Shown piece after piece: positions 46,570-59,800 of a stretch of 64,000 bases of DNA (its first letter is position 1; the number at the start of each line of letters is the position of its first letter). This stretch comes from Macrostomum lignano (lineage: Eukaryota), in the NCBI GenBank assembly GCA_002269645.1, contig NIVC01003740.1, positions 1 to 64,000 of the forward strand, in the 5' to 3' direction. The position numbers were made by a program, and so were the translations under genes. Below the pieces are notes generated by a model. The model made no database searches. It was not told the origin of the DNA and saw only the letters and a program-made list of their open reading frames with translations.

Positions 46570-47759
46570 ATGGAAACAAAACGCATATTTCTTCTCGCCT
46601 GTGCCTTAATGGCGCTAATCATTGTTACTAATCACTATTCCCGGAAACAAACTGCATCACCTCGGAGTCGTATCCCTTCCGGGCCCAACAATTTGACCGC
46701 TTCAAAAGTACATCTCATTCGAAACAAAGGCCTGACCGCTGAAGAGTCGCTGCCAACGCTGAGCGATGTCGAAATGATCAAGAACTGTCCTCCGTACAAC
46801 GAGCTTCGAAACGTCGACTTCACGAACCCCAGCCTGCGACACCGGCTGTGTCAGGAGACGCCGGCCTACCAGTTAGTCAGGGGCAAGTTCCCCTGTGCAA
46901 GCTGAACAGGAACTTACCGCAGCAGATGTACACCATTGTCAGACAAGGGTCTCCTGTGGCCAATGTGACCCGAGCGATGGGCGGCCCTCTAATGCCGATG
47001 TTCACCTTCGGCAAGGAGGACATGATTTCCGCGCATATGCTAAAACACAACGACTGGGAAAGCAGCTCTATTCGGACGATGCTCAACCTGTTACAGAAGC
47101 TTCCGAAAAACTCTGCGACGTTCCTCGATATCGGCAGCAACCTTGGCATCTACAGCCTGCAGGCCAGAGAGCTCGGGTATCCCGTGGTGGCCATCGATGC
47201 AAACATTCGCACACTGGTCAGGCTGCAGATGTCAGCGAAGCAGCTGAACTTGCTTGACGACAAGCTGAGGCTCTTCTGGGGCTTCATCAGTGACGACGTG
47301 GCGGTCAAGCGGATCAGCTGGGACGCTGACGGCATGAATTGCAATGTTGGAGGCGGCTCAGGCGGATTGGCTGACTGGAAACGGCAGGTCAAGAAGTCAA
47401 TCGAGGACACGATTCCCGTGACCACTGTCAAAGCGGACGAGCTTCGAGCGCACATCGGCACCAAGAATGTGGTCATCAAGATGGACATCGAGTCCGGTGA
47501 GCACCTGTTCATGAAGACTGGCGAGAAGCTGTTTAGAGAGTTCAACATCATGGCGCTGCAGATGGAGTTCTGGCGGAAAAAACTCAGTAACGGACCGCAA
47601 TTGTCCAAACATTACGAGTTTGTGACGCACTTCATGACCTCGAGGAACTTCTCTCTGCTGTCCATGAGCTTCCAAGTGCAGAACATCGCTACATTCAACG
47701 AGTGGGACGGACTGTGGGTCAGAAACGACTTTGTGGCTCAAGTTGCAAAGAAAGTTTGA
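46570..47759 (+). CDS. FkbM-family (Methyltransf_21) SAM-dependent methyltransferase with N-terminal membrane anchor; frameshift near 46880 as assembled (~396 aa if corrected)
   Basis: ORF 46570-46905 gives the hydrophobic segment IFLLACALMALIIV; ORF 46848-47759 gives TFLDIGSNLGIYS, VVAIDAN and VVIKMDIESGE; one extra G in the GGGG run at 46880-46883 joins them. Confidence 0.8.
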
Positions 47760-49879
47760 ACATATTTTAAAGGCGGACGTTACCTAATTAGAAATTAACA
47801 TGTCAAATAATTTCGATATTCTTCTAATTTTTGTCGAATTGTCAAAATGTCGATAATAGCTGGATGTGTCATGCAGTTGGGAGTTTAGTTGCTTATTATA
47901 TTTCTTGCCTTGCGCAATTAAGGGAAACAATTGCAAAAGCCACCTACAGCTGGTACGTGGTTCCTAACCTCAGTAACAGCAAATGTCTGCACTCAGTTTA
48001 TCAGACATTGCCAGATAGCTCTGAGGCGCAGCTCGCTGCTGTCAACGGCAAGATGCGCTGATTTTGCCGTTAATTGAGCAAATTTTGCAACGACCAATTG
48101 TGCAAAGTCTCTAATGCGATTTTATAACAATACCTAATATCTGCCTGGAGCCAGGGCTGGCGGAGCGATCATAATTAATTGGCGCAACATTTCTCTCGTT
48201 GTTTACGCTAGCACAATGGTACCTTCACCACTAGTGCATGTTTTGACGATGTTGATGGAAAACTTTTTTGTGCCAGCTGCCTGCATCAAATTCGCGACTA
48301 GTTAATCTGCGATACAAATTGTTGCTTCGTGGCTAATTTTAAATCTTAACTGTTCATAGTTCAATTTTTACATTTGACTAAAAATTATAATCATTTCACT
48401 TGATTGGCTATCGATTATATTGCTTTAAGCTTTTAATACTGGCTATATTCTTACGTTCTTAAAACACCTATCATAGCTTTCTGCTCAAGCCACAGATACT
48501 ATCTGTATTGTAGTATCTATCTATCTGTAAGCAGTATCTGTGGCTCAAGCAAATACCGAATGCTTTCTCAGCGATAGTTCCTCGTGCCTACCGCAATTTT
48601 AGTAGCTTGCTTCTGCTATTGAAATGTTGTCTTATAATTTCTTATTAAACATCACTACTGGTAATTCTTGGCGCTTGAGATCGCAGATAGATAATCGTAA
48701 ATTCTGGCACGTGCTACTGTCAGTGTGAATTTTTCGGTCACATTTTACTTTTCTAAATCTCCGTCATGGGACCGCCTTAGAAAGAACCTGGCATTGGAGT
48801 GCACCTGGGGTAACGGCCGTTGCCTAGTCGTGTCCGTTACAGAACAGGTAAGCTTGTCCTTGATGCATAAGTCTTGAAGTTCCGGTGCCAGTTGCTTGGA
48901 TGCCATGCAGCTATAGTTCCAGGCTGAGTTCTGTGCTCACTGCACCACACCTGCACGACCTTCTGCTCCTCAGCTTTTCTTTCTCGCTTCTTCGTGAGGT
49001 AAGTTTTCGTGATGCGTGACGAAGCGCAGTCCACACAAACTGTACTGGTGGTTCGCTCCCTTGGACCGCATGCTGCCGAACTCTCTGGAAGTAGTCGGGA
49101 AGACTGATCATCAAAAACCGAGAGCCAAGCACTTCCCGGTGTAAAATTCAGCAACGGTGCATTTAATCATGTGGGCAGCAGTCGGATCCAAGTTGTTGAT
49201 TTTCAGAATACATATACCGGGTCCTCGCTTTCTGCTTTCTGTGTTACCGTGGGCCAATTTTTTCTGTTTTTGGCATGGCCGATGCTCGATCCTGTTAGAT
49301 ATGTGTTGATCCTTGTACTCTGGAACGAAATCTAAAACCGTGATACACAAGCAACTTGGCTTTGCCGTCGTTCATTGTGGTTAATGCGTCTCAATTTACA
49401 TGCGTATGTAAATGTAACATGTAAAGTTCATGTACATTTAAAGGTCAACAATTATATTGGACGTTAGTGCAGTGCAATTTAAAATTACAATAATGACCCT
49501 TGTACCTTAAATTGAACATGCATCCGTCATACGAACGTTCCTTAACTCTCATGTCATTTATACCTCCAACAAGCTGTTGAAACCCGTGGATTTTGAACCC
49601 GGGGAATTCCGATTCCCGGAAATATTTGTGCATGTGCTCTGAGATCTGAGGCCATACTCAAACAAAAACTTGTTAATAGTTAGTAGGATAGAGTAAACAT
49701 TAAAATGGAGTACATTCGTGTAAAATTAGGATTTGAGGCAAACATTTGATATTGTTGGCTGGGGTACGTGCTGCGCAGAATGTCGGGCAATGTCTGTCTG
49801 ACTCTAAAACATGTATTGGCAGACTCTGGCCTCTGCCTCTGACTCTCCCTACGTACCTTGGATCGATTGCAACTTGTAT

Positions 49880-50829
<950 letters not shown>

Positions 50830-50830
<1 letters not shown>

Positions 50831-50940
50831 AAATTTGCAGTTTTCCCATATAAGTTTCGACGCTGACTTGGCAGAATTGTAGGAGTTCACTTGCAACATA
50901 CAGACAGACAGACAAACATCGCGTCAGTTTTAGTATATTG
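50830..50940 (+). mobile_element. Helitron/HINE-like 3' terminal block
   Basis: AAAATTTGCAG...CATACAGACAGACAGACAAAC...TTTTAGTATAT; similar block at 56830-56925; recognised by pattern only. Confidence 0.35.
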
Positions 50941-53828
50941 AGAGATAATACATAAATGATGGGTTTCGGCCTTTTCAGCGTTAAAACGCCTCCGGGTCTC
51001 AGGTCTCAGAAATAAATCAATTAGAGTCCTGGCCCCCATTCCTGTCAGATGGTCAGCCCCATTGTAGCTTGATCGTGTGGCGAGCAGTCTAGGTCATATA
51101 GCTAAGAGAGGGACAGCGAGAGACAAGCAGGGAGAATTTTGAAGGTAGAAATTAGTTAACCCGCAGGTTAGCTAACTCGCTGCCACCAGCCCGTGCGTTC
51201 CGGCTCACCAAACCGGAACTTTCGAAATCGGGCTTCCGACTAGAAGGGGCTTTGCACTTACCTGCCAACTAGTGTCTTTTTGCTGTCAATCTCGAAGTCA
51301 TAGCCGATGATAAGGGACATTGCTGGGACTAGATCGCATTGGCCATGCAGGTACAGAGGGGACTTGTGCAGAGGATTCTTGCAGTGGCGAGTCTATGGGG
51401 TAGCTACATGTACTATTACATTGCTAAATTCGAGAGATTGTACTTCTGAACTTCAACGTGCTAACCAGCCTCTCGTAGCGCTGATGATAGACTAACTCGA
51501 ACTTTAGAGATCGCATGATTACCCGAGCCGCTTGGCGAATCTAGAGTGCCCGGAAGTACATTTCTAGCGCCGATTTTGCACTATTGGCAATTTCGCTAAC
51601 TGATTTGATAGATTGATCGACTGAGAACTGCCTTGCCATTGGTCCACTGTGACCGGCGCCTACTAGCTTAGCTATTCATTTTAACCATCAGCGAAAAAGA
51701 AATAAAACCGATAAAAATAACTGTCAGATTTAACCTTCTCGCTGAATCACTTAACACTTCAGATTGAATCGGAGTAAATAGACTACTAACAATATTATTA
51801 AATGATTTCCGCCTCAATAACAGCAATACTGAATAAAATGAGCAAAAGCGTGCGCCTAATCCGGCTACTGAAATAGGGGACAGATAGGGAATCACCCAAT
51901 CAAGCAAGTCAAGGTAGCCTCTCACCCAACCAATCAGAACTCAGCAGTCGACCGGGGGAGACGTCCTTGATGATGAGGGGGATGTCGCAATCCGGAGATC
52001 AAGAGACGACGGCCGTGAGTCCGGAGTAGGTCGTGCCCCGGGAGCCAGAAGGTGCAGAACAGTTTGAGTCCGAGCGGGCCAAAACATTGGCTTAAATAGC
52101 CGCTAACTGGACCGTAGTTTGTTAAAATGGAACACCTCGACGCTGATTGGCTGAGCCGATTTGTTACCCAAACTCACGTGACTCAAAGATCCTATCAGTT
52201 CCCTTGGGGCCATAAGAATACGCTAGATGTCATTAGAAATCACTCAAAATAACTACATTATGATGTATGGATTTTCGCGTAAGAATTACAAAAATCAATG
52301 AACAAATATGCACTAGAAAGGTCTCATTAAGTAGAAAGGGAAGATGGTGAAGAGAAATCGATAATTTCTAATCCCAAAGTACTTCTAGGGGTAAGACGCA
52401 TATAAGCTGTCAGAGCTGTCAAACGCCTGAGTGAACAAGAACAAAAGGCCCTGGCCTCATAAATCTGATGGCCTGTCGAAAATGATGAGAAAAAAGCGAA
52501 CCGCCCGCATCCTCTCAGACCAACTGGCGCCAGCTTCGTTGAGTGAGGCGCAGTTGGCTGTCAGAAACACCTACGAGCTATGATTTATGACCCCAAAAAT
52601 AGCAAAAACCGCGCCTATGTTATAATGACTACAATATAAGTATGACAAAATCATATAGCTACAAAAATCCTATACTATGAATTCTAGGAAAATTACAGAA
52701 AAGAAAGAAAATGCCCATAGCCTGCTATCAGTAGACTAACAAGTTTAAAACCCAAGTGCGTGAGATTTGGAAAAAATTGCGTTCTCATCAAATATATTGT
52801 ACATGCATTGTGCAAATCAGCATCCATTGATGCTGATATAAAAAGGGACAATTTACAATGTAGAACAAAAGGAACAAAAAAGCAAAAAATACTTCGCTCT
52901 ATAGCACGGACGCGTTCGCAGAACAGATGAGAGGGGAAGGTCATGTTCAAGTGAGTCCGGAACGTTTCAGTGTAGTGACAGTACTCCATTGGCCACGCCG
53001 CGTAGATACCAATAAATACTCCAATGAAGTGAAAGCCTAGATAGAGGTAGAAGACATACATTTTTTTTCTATTTAGGTCTGAATAATTTTCAATAGTTTT
53101 CTTTTATACTAGTCTATCTCTTTGTGTGCAGTGTCAGTCAGGAAGCTCATGGAGTTTTCACTCGTAGGTTAGAATAAATTAAGCAAATAACTATTTTTTG
53201 CAGCTGTAAAATTTTCCGCGTTATGTGTGTCTTAACAAAAAGTGCTATCTAGAGTACTGTTTCTGAAATAAATTCGTATTTTATTAAACATATATTAAGA
53301 TAGTATATGAAACCAAGCAGAAAATATAGAATATTGACAATAATAACACTCATTGTGGTATATTTCTTGGGATAAAAGCACACTTTTGATGAGTCACTGG
53401 CGACTGGCCTATCCTGGAATTTTCGCTAAGTTCACTCTACAATTTAAGCCTATATCGATAGGAATATTATACTTATACTGGTCATTTACTGGCTGTATAC
53501 ACATTGGTCGCATTGATTTAGAAAATCGTTAGATTTGCTTTTTGTTATTTACCCTGTATTTCGGCCATTTTTAGGCTATTGGCAAATATTCAGTTAACCT
53601 TTTTGACTTGAATTAATCAGTTATTAATAAAATTTTCTCCGTGCTGTCTGTGCTGGCTTAGCCTAGACAGTAGAGACTACTTACTGTCTTGATTGTGTAC
53701 TGTCAGAAAACTATTAATTTAAGTCAGTTTCCTTTGAATTTGTAGGCCTGACTCTAATCATTACATAGGCGTAGGCCCTATTTATTAGTTTGTCACATTA
53801 TTTAGAGACAAATTAAATTAACTTGAAA

Positions 53829-56800
53829 ATGGCTGGACAGGGACAGGCTGGTAACTCTGGAATGGAACAGCTTATTTTGATAATGAATAAGCTGCAAGAT
53901 GCTTGTTCTTCATCTGGAACTGCCCACAAATTTGATTTGCCACAAATAGCTGTTGTTGGAAGTCAAAGTGCTGGAAAAAGCAGTGTTTTGGAAAACTTTG
54001 TTGGAAAGTAAGTATATTATAATGAGTTAATTATGATTTTATGAGCTATGGTAATTATTAATGGTTTTTATAACTAAATCAAATCAAATAAAAGAATACT
54101 CATTTTAGAAACAACCATTTTAAATAGTGATGAACTGAATGTAGATTTTTGCAAGTTTTTAAAACCAAATCCAAATGTGTTTCCAAATGTAAAAAAAGTG
54201 AAAAGTAAATGGTGGGAGTAACTATGACACCTTTCATTGACAAAAACCTTATCATCTAATTAGTAATCATATTAGTATTGTACATTAGTTTACTAGCAAG
54301 ATTCAATCTATCTTGGGCTTATACTATATCTATCTAGTATCTGAATTGAAGTGAACTTAGAATTGAACTTCATTCTTATATATCTAATCTAACTACTAAT
54401 TCCAATTACTAATACTAACTGACATTGCATTTGTGCAATTTGATGACTTTACCATGTACAGTTAATTGTTATTACTTATGTTTAATCAATTATATTTATA
54501 AATACTGATGCAATAATAGATTTGAAACTAATTACCTATAATACAAAACTTTAATCTTTTTCAATGTATATGCCAATTTATTCACAATCATTACATCTAT
54601 CAAATCTATCCCTATCTGTTTATTAAAAAAACCATTGCTACTAGTAATGCTATGCAAAAATTAAGATAAATATGCAACAAGGCAAGGTATTTATTTTGTG
54701 TTAGGCTACTTGCTTGATATAGTAAATAAATATCTATAGGTCAAGCTATAATAAAAGCTAAAGCCAAAGGAATGATTATAATATAATACAATTCCAATAT
54801 AGCATCTTTTAGCATCTATTTCTCTAATTATTACCAATAGGAAATAAGTGAAATATATAGACCTAGGCTAGCCTAGTATCTATTATTATCTATTTAGACA
54901 CTTAGAGCTATGACCATTTTAGTATATAGCTATCTTGGTCATGCGCCATATAATTTAAGTTTGTTTAAAATGAAAATATTTGTAATACTTTAAAGACTTT
55001 TTGTTCAAAAACCTTTCTTAGAAAACTCAACTTCTGAAAAATGAATGGCCTTTTTAGAAAATTTTTTAGCATTTTAGGGATTTTTTGTTTTCGGCCTACA
55101 GTGGCATACATTTAGCAAAGATAAAATTCTTGTTCCAGCATATATTACTACATGATCTAGACCTTGGTATATTACCACACTATTGTCAAAAAGGTATCTA
55201 GTACATACCAGAGCTTTTTGGACAAAATTTTAGCTAGGTGAGGACCAAATATACCAAAAAATGAAAATGTGACCTTGTCAAAAATGCCAAAATTTCAAAA
55301 TTATTCAACCTTACTTTTAGGCTGCAGTAATAAAAGAACTTTTTTATATTATAACAATTTTTAAATAGCCAATTTAGCAATAGACAATCTGGCAATAGTC
55401 AATCCAGCAACAAGGTATAAACCTATTAAATAGGCTATTTGACATTTAAATAGATTTGAGAGCTTTCATATGTAATATTATAATTATTACAATTAGCAGA
55501 CTCAAAATCCATGGGTTTCAATAGCTTGTTTTCTTAATGATGACATTACTTTAAAAAAAGGGAAACTGTATTAAATTAATACATTATTTATTTTCAGTAA
55601 GAGATGCACACTAGTTTTATAATTAAATGCCAAACCACCTAGCAGTTATTTTCCACTTCATAGCTTAATAGAGATGTCAACTGGGAAGTTCCAACACAAC
55701 CATCATGCATGTAAAAAATTCACAACACATTATTTAACATTTGACATAATACCCTAAATTATATCAGAAATAAAAATAGCCATAAATGTTTAATTTTCAT
55801 TTGAAAAGATCCAATACTATCCTACTAAAATGAATTCTCTATATGTAAAATTCAAACCTACATGTAAAAAGTTTTGTTTGTATTTAAAATCCATATAAAA
55901 TCTACAATACAAAATCTGTTGCCAGATTGTCTATTGCTGCTTTGACTATTACCAGATTGTCTATTGCTAGATTGTCTTGTCCCTATATTGACTAGAAGCC
56001 CAACCATTAAGGATCTTTTTCCATTGTTACATTTGACATTTATATGTACATTTTAACAAAATAGGTGGCATGTCTATTACTCCTTTATAACAACTTATAA
56101 TCATGAAGGTACAGTACCTAAATTCTTTAGAATAGCACTATCACTTTCCATTATTCTATATATATTACTCAGACTCACACTATCAAAGTCACCTTTTAAT
56201 TAAGCACTACCTTTTGTTATAGAAACTAAAGCTACTTAACAAGTACAAGTACCTATTTTCAAATAGCTTTGTAAACCACTTTTTGTAAACCAAATACAAC
56301 TTTTTAAGATTCAAACATACTAAATATGCATATTAATGAACTATGAAGGGAAGGGCTAATGCATGCCAGAAAATTCTGGCATATAGGACACCTTTGTAAT
56401 TATAGCTGCCAAATTAGCTAGATATAGTTGTAAAAGTGTCTAAGCCTTAGTCAATTTGCCTGCATCCAATTCAGCTGCTTCTAGTTTGTCTATAAAATAG
56501 TTTAATGAGCATTTTGTTTATATGCTACCTTTTTGTCTATGTTTATAGACAGTATAAAATATACGAGACAACATTAAACAACTTTTCCTAATTGCACTAG
56601 CAATCTATAGTCTAGATCATGGTAGGTATTTGCTAGAAAGAAAACTAGTTTTTTGATTATATGCCAATATAAATAAAAAATTATACAAAAGGTAAAGTTG
56701 CTTATACACAAACTTTTTTAGAAAAATATTTGCAAATAGCATGTTTTTTGAATATTTAATCCCTTTAGCATCAAGCAATTTCTTAGTCACATTGCATGTA

Positions 56801-59800
56801 CTGTCACGGAAAAATTTCTGATTGAACAGTGCAAGTTTAAAGAAAATTGGTTGAGTCATTTTTGCTAAAATCGATCACACACATACCTACCTACCTACCT
56901 ACTGACAGACCATTTTTAGTATATGGAAGTTTTCATTTTTAGTATATCTGAACTATTTCAACAAAAAATAGTTTAACTAAACTTTAAAGCATTTGTTTTT
57001 AACTAGAAACTATTAATATTTGCTTCCATTTATTTTTAAAAGAGCTTTCTCTAATTGATATTTAATTACACAATATATGCTAAGCTTAAACTTTGGTTTT
57101 TTGTATGTCAACTGTCATACATGCGCAACCTCCAAAATTCAGTCGGCCGTGCAACTAAGTTTTAACAAAAATGCGACGTAGTTTTTGGCCAAAAATGCGA
57201 CTTACATGTGAAAAAACCCTAAAGCAAAATTAACGCAACTTTGGGTAAACGGCAGGAGTAACTATAACTGTCTTATTAAGTCAAAATGCCTCGTCAGCTA
57301 CTTAGTACTACTATTAGGGTTTTTTGGGTGGCCATTTTTGCGACTTCCTTGGTTGGCCGCCAAATCGGTCGGCCGGATCGGCCGACTGTTGCGCATGTAT
57401 GTCAACTGTATATACTAGTGTTACCTGAAAATTCTATATGCTAAATGTTCACCAAGATTCTCAACAAGGGCAAAAATATATTGAATTTTTTGGCATAAAG
57501 GCTACCTTCTGGACTATGGTAGACAATTAGTATTTTAATTAGTACAAGCATATATCTTTACATACAACATAGGCATTGTGTTTAGCATTTACATGCATAT
57601 GAAAAAGATTAGAAATAAACTATGCATTATTTAAGAGCAATAAAATTCAATAATTCAGAATATATGTATTTTAAAATATGGCCTATTTGTCATTATTATA
57701 TCAAAAATAGTAATCTTTTTGTTTTATTTGGAAAACAAACTATATATCTATACAATTAAGTATAGTTATATAGCCAATAAAGGAGAAAAAATTTTTATTA
57801 TTACATACCATGTGATTAATAGTGTATATATATACATAGAGTATGATCTAGACAAATTGCCTATTATTATTTTGTCCATTGGTCATTTCATTTGCCTGTA
57901 GCTGAATTGGTAAGTAGATAGATTGATTAGGATCCATTATGGATAGTTTATATAAATCGTATATCACACAGATGAGAAAATCAATCCGGGTGTCTATATA
58001 CTTAAACATGTTTTAAATCTTCAATTCCAAGTTTAGTGTTTCTAAGTTTCTTAAGTTTAAGTTGCATAAAAGCTCAATTATACTATTTAGCCTTAAGTCA
58101 ATTAGTCAAAGAATATCAAATAATCAAAATAATGTTTAGCTAACTATGAAAAACATTTTTAAATATTAGTATGATACCTGCATCTAGAATCAAAATTTTC
58201 CTGCATACTTTCATGCTCAACAGAGTATTGTATCTATTTTTTAGATTTTTTCCAATAGAGACCAAAAGCACTTATTATGTTTAGTTCATAGTAGAGGTTA
58301 GACATGATTGCAGTTGTGATCACAATTTTGTGAATTCATGACCATTTTTTACAATTGTGGTTGTGGTTTGCTTTAGCAGGTTTATGAGATAGTGATTTAT
58401 TTACTTGCTTTTTTATCTTTTTAACTCATTTTATAAGTTTTGTTATTGATTTTATACATTCAAGTTTCATTAACAATATAATTGCCATTACTTGTTTTAG
58501 ATACCTTAGGCTTAGTAGTTGTAGTTAATGACTCAAACAATAATAAAAAGTATACTAAATGATATCACAGTCACAATCAACATCATGCCTAGATGCAAAA
58601 TTCATGAAATTTCACTTCCAACTAAATATTTCATGCTTGTCTAACCTCTAGTTCCAAGTCAATTTGTCTGCTGCCAATTTGGTTCTTTTTGGTTTTAACT
58701 TTGTTAGTATAATATTAATGGCCAAATTTGTAAAATTGGTCTGCATCTAGTCTTTCTTGTCTAAGATGTTTTTTTCCTAACTTTAGTAAAATTTGGGCAC
58801 TTAGTCACAATCTACCATATAATCTATACATGTCTTGTGTAAATTATTTTGGTATGCATTTACATTTTAGTTTTGTCATGGTTTCTATAAGGCATTTATT
58901 TCTATGGATGCTGAGATAGTAAAGATGTAGTTTTGGTCTGCATATTCTTTTGCCCATAGACAAAATTCCTACCAAGATTTGCCCACAGTGCATTTTGCCT
59001 TATTAGGCATACCCCACCATGCTTCTAAAAGAGCCAGGCAACCTAGTTTATGGGATCCAAAGCTTTTTAGAAATCTATGAGGAGCATGGACAATTTACAT
59101 AGCTCTTTGTGAGACTCTGGTGTCAATGATAGCTCATATACCAGATTACAGAAACTTGTTTTGCCATTGACCATCTGGGTTGGAAGCCACTCTGGGTTTT
59201 GAGAAGCCGCTCGTTGATAATGGGCTAAATGCAGTTGCAAAGAATGGTGTTAGGGACTCTAGCCAGAGTGCACTCTAGGGCAGGGGTTTGCAAACTTCTT
59301 ACCTTAAAGGGCAAGATAAAAAATCTAGCTTTTAGCTCATGGATATAGGCCAGATGAGAGTGGAAAGGAGAGGAAATGGGGAGAGAGATGAGAAATGACG
59401 AAAGAGAGAGGAGGTGAGAGGCAATATGAGAGAGGCCATGAGAGAAGAGATGAGTGAGAAGAAAGGAGAGAAGATGAGAGGAGAGGTTGAGAGGAGTAGA
59501 GAGAAGAATAGAGATGAGAGGAGAGCAGGAGAGATAACTGAGAAGAGACTAACCTTGAGCTGGCTAGATTGCCATTCTTAAGTGTCCAAGGACCCAAGGG
59601 CCAGATAGAGGGGCTTTGCAGGGCACATGAACTCGTATGGCCCATGGGCTAAGTTTGCCCATCCCTGCTCTAGGGCAATGCACACAGGTTGTCAAGGCCA
59701 CAAGAGTTGCTCTTTTTGGGAATGTCCATGAACTTAGGAGTTTTCCATTGCTCTGAGGCACCAAAATTCTATAGTATTTCAACTTTAAATAAATTATCTC

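Noticed and set aside
48837-49350. Minus-strand ORFs as a retroelement fragment
   Set aside because: No RT, endonuclease or other motif that I can recognise with confidence
51940-52200. GC-rich island with TGATGA as a possible snoRNA or other ncRNA
   Set aside because: No matching D box or terminal stem identified; flanking CCAAT motifs fit a promoter or TE fragment equally well
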